Counted from the first letter of the stretch, positions 10,781 through 22,424 are shown. The stretch: 64,000 bases of DNA from Paracoccaceae bacterium (GCA_041397225.1 JAWKXB010000001.1:431391-495390), one strand, 5' to 3'. Notes: generated by a model not told the origin, from the sequence alone. A program made the numbers and translations.

Positions 10781-11974
10781 ATGAACATCCACGAACATCA
10801 GGCCAAGGAAGTCCTGAAGGGCTTTGGCGCACCGGTCGCGAAAGGCGTCGCCATCACCGACATTGATCAGGCAGAGGCGGCCGTGAGCGCACTTCCGGGT
10901 CCGGTCTGGGTGGTGAAGAGCCAGATTCACGCAGGTGGTCGCGGCAAGGGCAAGTTCAAGGAGCTTGGACCCGACGCGAAGGGCGGCGTTCGCGTCTCCT
11001 TCTCAGCCGAGGATGCGCTGGCTAACGTGAAGGAGATGTTCGGCAAGACGCTTGTGACCAAGCAGACCGGCCCCTCCGGCAAGCAGGTCAACCGCCTCTA
11101 TATCGAAGACGGAGCCGACATCGACCGGGAACTCTACCTGTCGATCCTCGTCGACCGCGAAACCGGCAAGACGTCCTTCGTCGCCTCGACCGAAGGCGGC
11201 ATGGATATCGAAGCGGTGGCCGAGGACACGCCCGAGAAGATCCACACCGTCGCTATCTCCGCATCGGTCGGCGTGACCAAGGCAGACGCGGAAAGACTTG
11301 CCGACGCCTACAAACTGACCGGCGACGCGCGCGATCAGGGAACGAGTCTTTTCAAGATGCTTTACGAAGCCTTCACCAGCAAGGACATGAGCCTTCTGGA
11401 GATCAACCCGCTGATCGTCACCAAGTCGAACGACATCCAGGTGCTCGACGCCAAGGTCTCGTTCGACGGCAACGCGCTTTTCCGCCATCCTGAAATCATG
11501 GCCTATCGAGACGAGAGCGAGGAGGACGCCAAGGAGATCGAAGCCTCAAGGCATGACCTCGCCTATATCGCCCTCGATGGGGAAATCGGCTGCATGGTCA
11601 ACGGCGCCGGGCTTGCCATGGCAACGATGGACATTATCAAGCTTTACGGCGCCGAGCCTGCCAACTTCCTCGACGTGGGTGGCGGTGCCAGCAGGGAAAA
11701 GGTGACGGCGGCCTTCAAGATCATCACGTCCGATCCGCAGGTCAAAGGCATCCTGGTCAACATCTTCGGCGGCATCATGCGCTGCGACGTGATCGCCGAG
11801 GGCGTGGTCGAAGCGGTGAAGGAGGTCGGACTCAAGGTGCCGCTTGTCGTGCGGCTCGAAGGCACCAGGGTCGCCGAGGGCAAGGACATCATCAACAAGA
11901 GCGGCCTCAATGTCATCGCCGCCGACGATCTGGACGACGCTGCACAGAAGATCGTCAGGGCTGTGAAAGGGTAA
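10781..11974 (+). CDS. sucC: ADP-forming succinate--CoA ligase beta-subunit family (SucC or paralogue)
   Basis: 397 aa, [19 protein letters not shown]... (ATP-grasp), [25 protein letters not shown]. There is no mdh upstream and no sucAB downstream, so substrate specificity is uncertain. Confidence 0.8.
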   Translation: MNIHEHQAKEVLKGFGAPVAKGVAITDIDQAEAAVSALPGPVWVVKSQIHAGGRGKGKFKELGPDAKGGVRVSFSAEDALANVKEMFGKTLVTKQTGPSGKQVNRLYIEDGADIDRELYLSILVDRETGKTSFVASTEGGMDIEAVAEDTPEKIHTVAISASVGVTKADAERLADAYKLTGDARDQGTSLFKMLYEAFTSKDMSLLEINPLIVTKSNDIQVLDAKVSFDGNALFRHPEIMAYRDESEEDAKEIEASRHDLAYIALDGEIGCMVNGAGLAMATMDIIKLYGAEPANFLDVGGGASREKVTAAFKIITSDPQVKGILVNIFGGIMRCDVIAEGVVEAVKEVGLKVPLVVRLEGTRVAEGKDIINKSGLNVIAADDLDDAAQKIVRAVKG

Positions 11975-11979
11975 GAGGC

Positions 11980-12879
11980 ATGTCAATTCTCATCGACAGG
12001 AACACCAGGATCATTGTGCAGGGTCTGACCGGCAAAACCGGCACCTTCCACACCGAACAGGCGCTCGCCTATCACGGGACCAAGATGGTCGCCGGAACCC
12101 ATCCGAAGAAGGGCGGCACAAACTGGACCGGCTCGAACGGCGAAAGCCTGCCGATCTATGCCAGCGTCGCCGAGGCGAAGGAAGCCACCGGCGCGACGGC
12201 AAGCGTCATCTACGTGCCGCCCGCGGGCGCAGCCGCAGCGATCGAAGAGGCGATCGATGCCGGGATCGACCTCATCACCTGCATCACCGAAGGGGTGCCG
12301 GTGCTGGACATGGTCCGCGTCAAGGAAAAGCTCGACGCTTCGAAAAGCCGGCTGATCGGCCCAAACTGCCCGGGGCTTCTCACGCCGAACGAATGCAAGA
12401 TCGGCATCATGCCCGGCTCGATCTTCAAGAAGGGCTCGGTCGGTGTCCTGTCCCGCTCCGGCACGCTGACCTACGAGGCGGTCTACCAGACCTCGCAGGC
12501 CGGCCTTGGCCAGACCACCGCGGTCGGCATCGGCGGCGACCCGGTGAAGGGCACCGAGTTCATCGACGTGCTCGAACTCTTCCTGGCCGACCCCGAGACC
12601 CATTCGATCATCATGATCGGTGAAATCGGCGGTTCGGCCGAGGAGGACGCAGCGCAGTTCCTCAAGGACGAGGCGAAGAAGGGGCGATCCAAGCCGACCG
12701 TCGGCTTCATTGCCGGCCGCACTGCACCGCCGGGTCGTACGATGGGTCACGCCGGTGCCGTAATTTCCGGTGGAAAGGGCGGCGCCGAGGACAAGATCGA
12801 GGCGATGCAATCCGCGGGCATCCGGGTCTCTCCCTCACCTGCGAAACTTGGTGAAACGTTGGTCGAGCTTCTGCGATAG
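11980..12879 (+). CDS. sucD: Succinate--CoA ligase alpha-subunit family (SucD or paralogue)
   Basis: 299 aa. CoA-binding [11 protein letters not shown], the SRSGTLTYE loop, and the phospho-His motif [11 protein letters not shown]. Confidence 0.8.
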   Translation: MSILIDRNTRIIVQGLTGKTGTFHTEQALAYHGTKMVAGTHPKKGGTNWTGSNGESLPIYASVAEAKEATGATASVIYVPPAGAAAAIEEAIDAGIDLITCITEGVPVLDMVRVKEKLDASKSRLIGPNCPGLLTPNECKIGIMPGSIFKKGSVGVLSRSGTLTYEAVYQTSQAGLGQTTAVGIGGDPVKGTEFIDVLELFLADPETHSIIMIGEIGGSAEEDAAQFLKDEAKKGRSKPTVGFIAGRTAPPGRTMGHAGAVISGGKGGAEDKIEAMQSAGIRVSPSPAKLGETLVELLR

Positions 12880-12988
12880 GACGCATCGGATCGAAGTTGG
12901 TCTATCCGGACGAAGAATGTCGGGTTTGGCGCAGAACCCGCGCGAGAGTCGGTGAAGTAACGCGGTGACAGCAGAAAGGACATGCGAA

Positions 12989-14041
12989 ATGGCCTACAGG
13001 ATCCTCATTCTCGGCGCCTCCTACGGCTCGCTGCTCGGAACCAAGTTCATCGCGGCAGGTCATGACGTCACCCTTGTCTGCCGCGCCGAAACTGCCGATC
13101 TCATCAATTCCGAGGGAACCGAGGTTCGGATCAAGCTGCGCGACGAAGACAAGCATCGCAGCTTCTTCTCCCGCGCGCTGCAGGGTGCGATGGATGCAAG
13201 AACGCCCGAAGATGCGCGTCCGGAGAACTACGACCTCATCTGCCTCGCGATGCAGGAACCGCAATATTCGCACCCTTCGCTGAAGGATCTGCTTGCGCGC
13301 ATCGCCAAGACGAAGGTCGCCTGCATGTCGATCATGAACATGCCGCCGCTTCCTTACCTCGAGCGCATCCCGGGCCTCGATTGCACAGGGTTAAGGGGTG
13401 CTTTCCTCGACCCGGCGATCTGGGATCCGTTCGATCCCGAACTGATGACGCTCTGTTCGCCCGACCCGCAGGCGTTCAGACCGCCCGAGGAAAAACCCAA
13501 CGTCCTGCATGTCGGCCTTCCGACCAATTTCAAGGTGTCGAGATTCAAGGACGCCAAACTCAACGCCATGCTCGACGCGCTTGAAGCCGATGTCGAGGCC
13601 TACCGGGTCGACGGCAACGACGTGCCGGTCAAACTGCGTGTGTTCGACTCGCTCTTCGTGCCGTTCGCGAAATGGGCGATGCTGGCGACCGGCAACTACC
13701 GCTGCATCACGAGGGACGGTCCGCGCGCCATCAAGGATGCGGTTCATGGCGATATCAAAAAATCGAAGGAAATCTATGACTTCGTGAACAGCGTCGTCGA
13801 GAGCCTTGGCGCGGACCCCGAGGACATGGTCCCGTTCGAAAAATACGCGGCGGCAGCGATGAACCTTCTGAAGCCGTCCTCGGCAGCACGCGCCGTCTAT
13901 GCGGGCGCAAAGAATATCGAGCGCGTCGACAAGCTCATCAAGCTGGTCGCCGACACGCTTGAAATGTCCCATCCCGCCATCACTGAAACGGTCGCGATCG
14001 TTGATGAGAAGCTGGAGTTGAACCAGACCGGCGGCGCGTGA
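12989..14041 (+). CDS. NAD(P)-binding oxidoreductase, distantly ketopantoate-reductase (PanE/ApbA)-like
   Basis: ATG 12989 (AAAGGA SD) gives MAYRILILGASYGSLLGTKFIAAGHDVTLVCR, a Rossmann fold. PanE-like features further on are DLICLAMQ, KWAMLATGN and SSAARA. The assignment is by eye and weak. Confidence 0.5.
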   Translation: MAYRILILGASYGSLLGTKFIAAGHDVTLVCRAETADLINSEGTEVRIKLRDEDKHRSFFSRALQGAMDARTPEDARPENYDLICLAMQEPQYSHPSLKDLLARIAKTKVACMSIMNMPPLPYLERIPGLDCTGLRGAFLDPAIWDPFDPELMTLCSPDPQAFRPPEEKPNVLHVGLPTNFKVSRFKDAKLNAMLDALEADVEAYRVDGNDVPVKLRVFDSLFVPFAKWAMLATGNYRCITRDGPRAIKDAVHGDIKKSKEIYDFVNSVVESLGADPEDMVPFEKYAAAAMNLLKPSSAARAVYAGAKNIERVDKLIKLVADTLEMSHPAITETVAIVDEKLELNQTGGA

Positions 14042-14083
14042 GCGGCTTCACGACAGACCGTCCCTGGCAATCGAGGATTTCAG

Positions 14084-14159
14084 TGGTGAGCCGGTCGGGG
14101 CTCGAACCCGAGACCTACTGATTAAAAGTCAGTTGCTCTACCAACTGAGCTACCGGCCC
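14084..14159 (-). tRNA. tRNA-Lys (anticodon UUU), CCA encoded
   Basis: The reverse complement GGGCCGGTAGCTCAGTTGGTAGAGCAACTGACTTTTAATCAGTAGGTCTCGGGTTCGAGCCCCGACCGGCTCACCA folds as a cloverleaf. The anticodon loop is CTTTTAA. Confidence 0.95.
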
Positions 14160-14172
14160 ATCACAGGGCGCC

Positions 14173-14201
14173 TCTTTATGAACCTCGCCGCGGGCGGTCA
14201 A
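14173..14201 (-). promoter_or_regulatory. Candidate sigma70-type promoter of tRNA-Lys (TTGACC - 17 nt - TAAAGA)
   Basis: On the minus strand, TTGACC (14201-14196) is followed by a 17-nt spacer and TAAAGA (14178-14173), about 13 nt upstream of the mature tRNA 5' end. Confidence 0.4.
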
Positions 14202-14254
14202 GCGAAAAGCATGCCCACTGGCAAATTCCCGCGGTCGGGGGTATATGGCAGCGC

Positions 14255-15094
14255 ATGACTGAAGCCGAGTTTCCGCGCGGCCTGCCGTTCATGAAGATGC
14301 ACGGAGCGGGCAATGACTTCGTGATCATCGATTCGCGCGGCGGCGAAGCGGTGACCACGCAGGAGCTTGCCGCGGCGCTGGGCGACCGGCACCGGGGCGT
14401 GGGGTTCGATCAGCTGGCCGAAATCCGCGATGCAAACGGCGCCGATTTCGCGCTCGACTTCTGGAATTCCGATGGCAGTCGAGCGGGTGCATGCGGCAAT
14501 GTCTCGCGGTGTGTGGCCGACATCGTCATGGCGGAGCTTGCCCGCGATTCCGTGACCTTCAAGACCGAGCGGGGAACGCTTGGCGCGGTGCGTCGCGCGG
14601 ACGGCCTCGTCAGCGTCAACATGGGGCCGCCGCTGCTCGATTGGGCCGACGTGCCGCTGTCCGAGGCGATGGACACCCTTCGCCTGCCCATCCCCGGCGA
14701 TCCGGTCGCCGTCGGCATGGGCAATCCGCATTGTGTGTTTTTTGTGGACGACGCCGAGAGCGTGGACCTGAAAAAGGATGGAGCGGCGATGGAACACCAC
14801 CCCCTTTTCCCCAAGGCCACGAATGTCGAGTTCGCGCAACTCACCGGCCCCGACCGCCTGCGCATGCGGGTCTGGGAACGCGGCGCGGGCGTCACGCTTG
14901 CCTGCGGCTCGGGCGCCTGCGCCACCGCCGTCGCGGCGCATCTGCGTGGCCTGACCGGTCGGCAGGTAACACTCGACCTCGATGGAGGCGCTCTCGGGAT
15001 CGACTGGCGCGACGATGGGGTCTGGATGGCCGGCCCGACCGCCCACGTCTATGACGGCCTCGTGGCGCCGGATTTTCTGGCCCGACACGCATGA
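14255..15094 (+). CDS. dapF: Diaminopimelate epimerase
   Basis: 279 aa. [15 protein letters not shown] plus the two catalytic Cys regions GACGNVSRC and LACGSGACA. Confidence 0.92.
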   Translation: MTEAEFPRGLPFMKMHGAGNDFVIIDSRGGEAVTTQELAAALGDRHRGVGFDQLAEIRDANGADFALDFWNSDGSRAGACGNVSRCVADIVMAELARDSVTFKTERGTLGAVRRADGLVSVNMGPPLLDWADVPLSEAMDTLRLPIPGDPVAVGMGNPHCVFFVDDAESVDLKKDGAAMEHHPLFPKATNVEFAQLTGPDRLRMRVWERGAGVTLACGSGACATAVAAHLRGLTGRQVTLDLDGGALGIDWRDDGVWMAGPTAHVYDGLVAPDFLARHA

Positions 15095-16362
15095 ACGCGC
15101 CGGTCTTCTCCACCCTCGGCTGCCGGCTCAACGCCTATGAGACCGAGGCGATGAAGGAACTCGCCGCCAAGGCGGGGATCGAAGGCGCGATCGTCGTCAA
15201 CACCTGCGCAGTCACCGCCGAAGCGGTCCGCAAAGCCAAGCAGGAAATCCGCAAACTCCGCCGTGAAAACCCCGGCGCGACGCTGATCGTCACTGGCTGC
15301 GCCGCGCAAACCGAGCCTCAGACCTTCGCCGCGATGCCCGAAGTGACCCGCGTCATCGGCAATAACGAAAAGATGCGGGCGGCGACCTGGCAAGCGCTGA
15401 AGGCACCGGACCTGATCGGCGCGACCGAGCGCATCATGGTCGACGACATCATGAGCGTGACGGAAACGGCCGGTCACCTCATCGACGGTTTCGGACGGCA
15501 CAGAGCCTATGTGCAGGTGCAGAATGGCTGCGACCACCGCTGCACCTTCTGCATCATCCCTTACGGCCGCGGCAATTCCCGTTCGGTTCCGGCAGGCGTT
15601 GTCGTCGACCAGATCAAGCGGCTCGTCGACAAGGGATTTCTGGAAGTCGTCCTGACCGGCGTCGACCTGACCTCATGGGGCGCGGATCTGCCGGGGACGC
15701 CGCGCCTCGGCGATCTGGTGATGCGCATTTTGAAACTGGTGCCCGACATAGCGCGCCTTCGCATCTCGTCCATCGACTCAATCGAGGCGGATGACATGCT
15801 GATGCAGGCGATCGCGACCGAGTCCCGCCTCATGCCGCATCTGCACCTGAGCCTGCAACACGGCGACGACCTGATCCTTAAGCGCATGAAACGCCGCCAT
15901 CTTCGCGACGACGCGATCCGCTTTTGCGAAGATGCACGGCGGCTCCGCCCCGACATGATATTCGGCGCCGACATAATCGCCGGCTTTCCGACCGAGACGG
16001 ACGCGATGTTCGAAAACTCTCTGACGCTGGTGCGCGACTGCGATCTGACATTTCTTCATGTCTTCCCCTATTCGCGCCGGACCGGCACACCCGCAGCCCG
16101 GATGCCGCAGGTAAGAGGTCCGGCAATCAAGGCCCGCGCCGCGCGGCTTCGCGCCGCTGGTGACGCCGCACTGGTTCGCCACCTCGGCGCACAGCTGGGG
16201 CTGACGCACCGCGTCCTCACGGAAGGCCCGCGCACAGGACGGACCGAGCAGTTCGCCGAAGTGGCATTCTCCGCCGACCTGCCAGAGGGCCGGATCGTCG
16301 AGGCCCGGATTCTCGGCGCGGCGGGCTCGCGTCTGCTGGCCGATCCACTTCATCTTGGCTGA
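15091..16362 (+). CDS. mtaB: tRNA methylthiotransferase MtaB (MiaB-like radical SAM)
   Basis: 423 aa. UPF0004 N-domain, radical-SAM cluster motif [17 protein letters not shown] and a TRAM-like C-terminus. Overlaps the dapF stop by 4 nt. Confidence 0.85.
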   Translation: MNAPVFSTLGCRLNAYETEAMKELAAKAGIEGAIVVNTCAVTAEAVRKAKQEIRKLRRENPGATLIVTGCAAQTEPQTFAAMPEVTRVIGNNEKMRAATWQALKAPDLIGATERIMVDDIMSVTETAGHLIDGFGRHRAYVQVQNGCDHRCTFCIIPYGRGNSRSVPAGVVVDQIKRLVDKGFLEVVLTGVDLTSWGADLPGTPRLGDLVMRILKLVPDIARLRISSIDSIEADDMLMQAIATESRLMPHLHLSLQHGDDLILKRMKRRHLRDDAIRFCEDARRLRPDMIFGADIIAGFPTETDAMFENSLTLVRDCDLTFLHVFPYSRRTGTPAARMPQVRGPAIKARAARLRAAGDAALVRHLGAQLGLTHRVLTEGPRTGRTEQFAEVAFSADLPEGRIVEARILGAAGSRLLADPLHLG

Positions 16363-16379
16363 AATACCTTCGGGGGGTT

Positions 16380-16402
16380 GCGGGGGGCAGACAGCCCCCC
16401 GC
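16380..16402. terminator. GC-rich hairpin between convergent mtaB and ribH (GCGGGGGGC-agaca-GCCCCCCGC)
   Basis: Perfect 9-bp stem with a 5-nt loop, followed by TCCTTCTC on the + strand. It lies in the 46-nt convergent gap. Confidence 0.55.
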
Positions 16403-16408
16403 TCCTTC

Positions 16409-17074
<666 letters not shown>

Positions 17075-17188
17075 CTACACTGGCAGTCCACAACGCGGTT
17101 TACAAGACGGCTGCCTTCATTTCACTCTTGCGGCTTTGCCGCCAACCGCCTTTCCTGTGCCCAGATCCATCGACAGTCGGAGAGGCTG

Positions 17189-18703
17189 ATGCCTGACCGC
17201 CCGAACCTGCTTTTTGTCATCATTGATCAGCTGCGCGCGGACTGCCTACACGGCGCGCTTGCAGATCATGTCGATCTGCCCAACCTCCGCGCGCTGATGG
17301 GCGAGGCGGTGAGCTTCCGCCGTCATTTTTCGGTCGCAAACCCATGCGGACCGTCGCGCGCTTCGATCCTGACCGGACAGTATGCGATGAATCACCGCTC
17401 CGTCCGCAATGGCACACCGCTTTGTCACGACACGCCCAACCTCGCCTCCGAGGTTCGCAAGGCGGGCTATCTGCCGTTGTTGTTCGGGTATACCGACACG
17501 ACACCCGACCCCCGTTCCCTTCCCCCCGGCGACCCAGCCCTTCGGAGCTATGAACAGGTGATGCCGGGCTTTCAGGAAGCCGTCGAGATGCGGCTTGAGG
17601 AAAGCCTGCCGTGGCGGGCAGACCTGATCTCCAAGGGCTATGACGTGCCGCCCTACCCGGACATCTTTCGCCCCGCCGGTGCGCGCCCGGACGACCCGGC
17701 TCTCTACCGGGCCGAGGACAGCGACACCGCCTTTCTCACCGACGCGACGATCCGGGCGCTGACCGGACGGCCCGAAGGCTGGTTCGCCCATCTGACCTAT
17801 ATCCGCCCGCATCCACCGCTTGTCGCACCCGAACCTTACAACCGGATGTACGACCCCGCGTCGCTGCCCCTGCCGGTCCGGATCGCGACGGTCGATGCCG
17901 AGCGGGCGCGCCACCCGTTCATCGCGCTGAGCCACCAACGGGACAATGTCGCGTCCGTGGTCGAGGGGTTCGCCGGTCTCGAGCCGACGGATGCGAATGT
18001 CCAAACCTTGCGCGCGATCTATCTGGGGCTTGCGACCGAAGTCGACCACCACCTCGGCCGGGTCTTCGGCTTTCTCAGGGAGACCGGGCAATACGATGAC
18101 ACGCTGATCGTCGTCACCGCCGACCACGGCGAAATGCTTGGCGATCATCACGCCTGGGGCAAGTCGACGTTCTACGACGCGGCCTATCACACCCCGCTGA
18201 TCATTCGCGACCCGCGCAACCGGAGCCGCGCCAGCACCGTCATCGACCGTCCGACAGAGTCGATCGACGTCATCCCGACAATTCTCGACTGGCTCTCCCT
18301 CGACGTTCCGCAGACCATGAACGGGCGGAGCCTCATGCCGTTCCTGGCAGGCCGGTCGCCGGCAGGCTGGCGCGAATACTCCTTCTCCGAACTCGATTTC
18401 GGCGACCCGTTGACCCCGACGCCGACGCAGAAGGAGCTTGGTCTTGATGCCGATCAGACCAACCTCGCCATCCTGCGCGGCTCGACCCACACGCTCGTTC
18501 ACTTCAACGGGGGTCTGCCCCCACTGCTTTTCGATCATTGTCGGCAGGGCGAACTCGCAAACGTCGCGGGGGAAGAAACCTCACGCGAAGCGCTGATCGG
18601 CATGTATCGTGCGATGATGGATCATCGCATGCGCCATGCCGCCAGCCGGTTCATCCGGACGATGGTGACATCGGACGGCGTCAGGACTGCACCGCGTGGA
18701 TAG
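17189..18703 (+). CDS. Cys-type sulfatase family protein (no signal peptide)
   Basis: ATG 17189 gives MPDRPNLLFVIIDQLRADCL. The sulfatase signature is NPCGPSRASILTGQY (C-x-P-x-R). The upstream part of the 738-aa track ORF overlaps ribH and the riboswitch and was discarded. Confidence 0.85.
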   Translation: MPDRPNLLFVIIDQLRADCLHGALADHVDLPNLRALMGEAVSFRRHFSVANPCGPSRASILTGQYAMNHRSVRNGTPLCHDTPNLASEVRKAGYLPLLFGYTDTTPDPRSLPPGDPALRSYEQVMPGFQEAVEMRLEESLPWRADLISKGYDVPPYPDIFRPAGARPDDPALYRAEDSDTAFLTDATIRALTGRPEGWFAHLTYIRPHPPLVAPEPYNRMYDPASLPLPVRIATVDAERARHPFIALSHQRDNVASVVEGFAGLEPTDANVQTLRAIYLGLATEVDHHLGRVFGFLRETGQYDDTLIVVTADHGEMLGDHHAWGKSTFYDAAYHTPLIIRDPRNRSRASTVIDRPTESIDVIPTILDWLSLDVPQTMNGRSLMPFLAGRSPAGWREYSFSELDFGDPLTPTPTQKELGLDADQTNLAILRGSTHTLVHFNGGLPPLLFDHCRQGELANVAGEETSREALIGMYRAMMDHRMRHAASRFIRTMVTSDGVRTAPRG

Positions 18704-18776
18704 ATCCCGCCGAAACGTGTGTGGACAGCCCATCGGCGCGACCCTAGCATCGTAACGAAAGCAGAAGGAGGGTCCC

Positions 18777-19058
18777 ATGCCGCTTCCCCTTGCTCCGATC
18801 GTCGGTGTGGCGATCCGCTACGGCCTTGTTGTCGCCGCCGCCTATGGCGTCCGGCGCGCGCTTAGGCGCGGCCGCATCGACCAGCGCGCCGAGGATGCGA
18901 TGGACGCGATGGACGAGGGGGTCGCAGTGCACCGCCCGAAGGACCGCAGTCAGACCAACGCTGCAGCCCGGTTCCGGCGCGTGATTCGGCTGGGCGGCGG
19001 CCACGGCTTTGAAGTCGACGCCGCGGCACTCGCCCGCTTCCGTGTCCGCAAGGTCTGA
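18777..19058 (+). CDS. Hypothetical small protein (one N-terminal TM segment)
   Basis: 93 aa with a strong SD (GAAGGAGGG), MPLPLAPIVGVAIRYGLVVAAAYGV.... No family recognised. Confidence 0.55.
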   Translation: MPLPLAPIVGVAIRYGLVVAAAYGVRRALRRGRIDQRAEDAMDAMDEGVAVHRPKDRSQTNAAARFRRVIRLGGGHGFEVDAAALARFRVRKV

Positions 19059-19072
19059 AAGGTCCAGCCCAT

Positions 19073-19681
19073 ATGCGCCTCTACCACTCGCCGACGACGC
19101 CTTTCGGACGCAAGGTCATGGTTCTGCTGCTCGAAACCGGCCAAGCCGGCGAGGTCGAGGTCGTGTCCGCTTCCGGAACTCCGGTCGATGCGGGCACCAT
19201 GCCGCTTGGACAGAATCCTCTGGGGAAGATCCCGGTGCTGGAACTCGATGACGGGACCGCGATCTATGACAGCCGCGTCATCTGCCGGTATCTCGATGAC
19301 CGCGCCGGTGGATCTCTCTTTCCCGCGAGGCCGGGGTTGTGGCGCACATTGACGCTTGAGGCGACGGCGGACGGCATGCTCGATGCCGCAATTCTGATGG
19401 TTTACGAATCGCGCGTTCGGCCCGAGAGAATGCGCTTTGCAACATGGGTCGAGGGGCAGTGGAACAAGATCGCGCGCGCGCTCGATGCGCTTGAAGGCCA
19501 GTGGCTCGGCCATCTGAACGGCCCGCTCGACATGGGGCAGGTCGCGGTTGCCTGCGCACTTTCCTATCTCGATTTCCGTCATGCCGACCGCAACTGGCGC
19601 GAAGGGCATCCGGGACTTGCGGCATGGCAAGCGGAAATCGCTCGACGCGACAGCCTGAAAGCGACCGAGCCGCAGGGGTGA
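19073..19681 (+). CDS. Glutathione S-transferase
   Basis: 202 aa. Thioredoxin-like N-domain (YHSPTTPFGRKV, KIPVLELDDGTAIYDSRVICRYL) and a helical C-domain. Confidence 0.85.
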   Translation: MRLYHSPTTPFGRKVMVLLLETGQAGEVEVVSASGTPVDAGTMPLGQNPLGKIPVLELDDGTAIYDSRVICRYLDDRAGGSLFPARPGLWRTLTLEATADGMLDAAILMVYESRVRPERMRFATWVEGQWNKIARALDALEGQWLGHLNGPLDMGQVAVACALSYLDFRHADRNWREGHPGLAAWQAEIARRDSLKATEPQG

Positions 19682-20316
19682 GCCTCCCGCCTGGTCCCTT
19701 CTTGACGGTCTGGGCGCTGCTGGCGGTGAACATTGCATCGCCCGGTCCGAACGTTCTGAACACGATCACAACCGCGATGGGGTCCGGGCGCGGTCCGGCA
19801 CTCGCATCGGCGCTTGGCGTGGCGCTTGGGATCGGACTCTGGTGCCTTGGCATGACGCTTGGCATGTCGGCGTTGTTTCAGGCCTTTCCAGCCGCGCGTA
19901 CCTTGATGACGCTGGTTGCTGCGGGTCTTCTTCTTTGGTTCGCGGCGCGGTTTCTGCGCGCCGCATGGCGCGGCTTTCACCGCCGCGTGGGCACGCTTTC
20001 GGGCGAAACCGGTCTGAGCTTCCGCATGGCCTTTTTTCGCTCGCTCGCAGTGAACGCGACCAATCCGAAAGCCCTGACCACTTGGGTGGTGATCCTTTCG
20101 CTCTTTCCCGTCGCCCGGGCGAACGCGGTGGATGTTGCAACACTAGGCGTCGGCGCATCGGCGATCGGTTTTCTCATTCACGCGCTTTACGGCGTGGCCT
20201 TTTCGACGGCACCCGCCGCGCGCGCCTATCTGCGCCTTGCACCGGTCATCAATGCCGCAGTCGGGCTTTTCTTCGCGGGGTTCGCGATCCGGTTGCTTGC
20301 AGGACTTGCACCCTGA
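19678..20316 (+). CDS. LysE/RhtB-family amino-acid exporter
   Basis: GTG 19678 overlaps the GST stop (GTGA). About 6 TM segments. Family motifs ASPGPNVL and ATNPKAL. The track ORF start at 19501 lies inside the GST gene. Confidence 0.8.
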   Translation: MSLPPGPFLTVWALLAVNIASPGPNVLNTITTAMGSGRGPALASALGVALGIGLWCLGMTLGMSALFQAFPAARTLMTLVAAGLLLWFAARFLRAAWRGFHRRVGTLSGETGLSFRMAFFRSLAVNATNPKALTTWVVILSLFPVARANAVDVATLGVGASAIGFLIHALYGVAFSTAPAARAYLRLAPVINAAVGLFFAGFAIRLLAGLAP

Positions 20317-20506
20317 ACCTGGCCGCCGCCGGGATCGTCCGGTTGTCGCAACGCAGCAGCACAGTGTGACCATCGGCACACTGCGCCCGATTGTCCGCTG
20401 GACGGGCCGGAAATTGACCGCTAATAACCGCCCCTGAAGGCTGCGGGCAACCGTGGCCCATCCGTCGCAGGGCCGGGCTGCCGGTCGAAGATAGGGAGAA
20501 TGTTTC

Positions 20507-21070
20507 GTGTCCCACGCAGAAGACCATGCCGGCACCCGGAGGGATTTCCTCTACTACGCCACCGCCGGGGCGGGCACCGTCGCAAGCGGCGCCGCGGTCT
20601 GGGCCCTCGCCGATCAGATGAACCCTTCGGCCGATGTGCAGGCGCTGTCCTCGATCTTTGTCGATGTTTCAGGCGTCGAGAGCGGCACCCAACTGACCGT
20701 GAAATGGCGCGGCAAGCCGGTCTTCGTCCGCCGTCGCACCGAGAAAGAGATCGAGGAAGGCAGGGCCGTTCAGCTGTCCGATCTGGTCGACACCAACGCC
20801 GAGAACGCGAACTTGCCCGCCGGGGCAGAGGCGACCGACCAGAACCGCACGCTTGACGAAGCCGGCGAATGGCTGGTGATGATCGGAGTATGTACTCATC
20901 TCGGCTGCGTGCCGCTCGGCAACAATGCCGGCGACTTCGACGGCTGGTTCTGCCCCTGCCACGGGTCACACTATGATACGGCGGGCCGCATTCGGAAAGG
21001 ACCGGCGCCGCGGAATCTTGATGTTCCGCTTGCGGCCTTTACCGACGACACCACGATCAAACTGGGCTGA
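20507..21070 (+). CDS. petA: Ubiquinol-cytochrome c reductase Rieske iron-sulfur subunit
   Basis: 187 aa. Tat-type RRDFLYY and the Rieske boxes CTHLGCVP and CPCHGSHYD. Confidence 0.95.
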   Translation: MSHAEDHAGTRRDFLYYATAGAGTVASGAAVWALADQMNPSADVQALSSIFVDVSGVESGTQLTVKWRGKPVFVRRRTEKEIEEGRAVQLSDLVDTNAENANLPAGAEATDQNRTLDEAGEWLVMIGVCTHLGCVPLGNNAGDFDGWFCPCHGSHYDTAGRIRKGPAPRNLDVPLAAFTDDTTIKLG

Positions 21071-21081
21071 GGGGACTGAGC

Positions 21082-22404
21082 ATGGCTGGTATTCCGCACG
21101 ACCACTACGAGCCGAAGTCAGGCTTTGAGCAGTGGCTCCATCGTCGCCTTCCGATCGTGAGTCTTGCGTATGACACCCTGATGATCCCGACACCGAAGAA
21201 CCTGAACTGGTGGTGGATCTGGGGCATTGTCCTCGCGTTCTGCCTGGTTCTGCAAATAGCGACCGGCATCGTCCTGGCGATGCACTACACGCCGAGTGTG
21301 GATCACGCGTTTGCCTCGGTCGAACACATCATGCGCGACGTGCGGGGCGGCTATATGCTGCGTTACATTCACGCGAACGGGGCGTCGCTGTTCTTCCTGG
21401 CCGTATACATCCACATCTTCCGCGGCCTCTTCTACGGTTCCTACAAGGCCCCGCGCGAGATCACCTGGATCATCGGCATGCTGATCTACCTCGCGATGAT
21501 GGCGACCGCTTTCATGGGCTACGTGCTGCCCTGGGGGCAGATGTCGTTCTGGGGCGCCACCGTCATCACCGGCCTCTTCGGCGCGATCCCCGGCATAGGT
21601 GAGCCGATCCAGACCTGGCTTCTGGGCGGGCCTGCCGTCGACAACCCGACGCTGAACCGTTTCTTCTCGCTCCACTACCTGCTGCCCTTCGTCATCGCAG
21701 CGCTGGTAGCCGTCCATATCTGGGCGTTCCACACCACCGGCAACAACAACCCGACGGGCGTCGAGGTCCGGCGCGGGTCGAAGGCTGAAGCCGAGAAGGA
21801 CACGCTGCCGTTCTGGCCCTATTTCGTGATGAAGGACCTTTTCGCGCTGTCGCTCATTCTGGTGGTCTTCTTTGCAATCGTCGGTTTCATGCCGAACTAT
21901 CTTGGCCACCCCGACAACTACACCCAGGCCAACCCGCTCGTGACACCCGCACATATCGTGCCCGAATGGTATTTCCTGCCCTTCTACGCCATCCTGCGCG
22001 CCTTCACCGGCGATGTCTGGCTGGTGCAGTTCGTGCAGTTCATCACCTTCGGCATCGTCGACGCCAAGTTCTTCGGGGTCATCGCGATGTTCGGTTCGAT
22101 CGCGGTGATGGCGATCGTGCCGTGGCTCGACACCTCGTCGGTGCGCTCGGGCCAGTACCGGCCCATGTTTCGCTGGTGGTTCTACCTGCTCATCATCGAC
22201 TTCATCGTCCTGATGTGGGTGGGCGCCCAGCCGGCCGAGGGGATCTATACCTGGATCTCGCTTATCGCGGCGGCCTACTGGTTCGCCTATTTCCTCGTGA
22301 TCCTGCCGCTTCTCGGCGTGATCGAGAAACCGCTGCCGCAGCCGGCGACGATCGAGGACGACTTCAACGCGCATTACGGCGCCGACGCCCACGCGGCGGA
22401 ATGA
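21082..22404 (+). CDS. petB: Cytochrome b
   Basis: 440-aa polytopic protein, [32 protein letters not shown]...RYIHANGAS, with heme-ligand His pairs. Confidence 0.95.
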   Translation: MAGIPHDHYEPKSGFEQWLHRRLPIVSLAYDTLMIPTPKNLNWWWIWGIVLAFCLVLQIATGIVLAMHYTPSVDHAFASVEHIMRDVRGGYMLRYIHANGASLFFLAVYIHIFRGLFYGSYKAPREITWIIGMLIYLAMMATAFMGYVLPWGQMSFWGATVITGLFGAIPGIGEPIQTWLLGGPAVDNPTLNRFFSLHYLLPFVIAALVAVHIWAFHTTGNNNPTGVEVRRGSKAEAEKDTLPFWPYFVMKDLFALSLILVVFFAIVGFMPNYLGHPDNYTQANPLVTPAHIVPEWYFLPFYAILRAFTGDVWLVQFVQFITFGIVDAKFFGVIAMFGSIAVMAIVPWLDTSSVRSGQYRPMFRWWFYLLIIDFIVLMWVGAQPAEGIYTWISLIAAAYWFAYFLVILPLLGVIEKPLPQPATIEDDFNAHYGADAHAAE

Positions 22405-22424
22405 GACGGAAAGGATCGATTGAG

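Noticed and set aside
10781-12879. Calling the sucCD-like pair malate thiokinase (mtkAB)
   Set aside because: No malyl-CoA lyase or other serine-cycle genes are adjacent, and the sequences look closest, by eye, to alphaproteobacterial SucCD. It is left as the SucCD family with uncertain substrate.
20362-20383. Hairpin CAGTGTG-N8-CACACTG downstream of the LysE gene and upstream of petA
   Set aside because: It is only a 7-bp stem with no U-tract and no second copy, which is too weak to call either a terminator or an operator.
21966-22424. Upstream extension of the cytochrome c1 ORF
   Set aside because: It lies inside petB in a different frame. ATG 22425 gives a canonical signal peptide directly after the petB stop.
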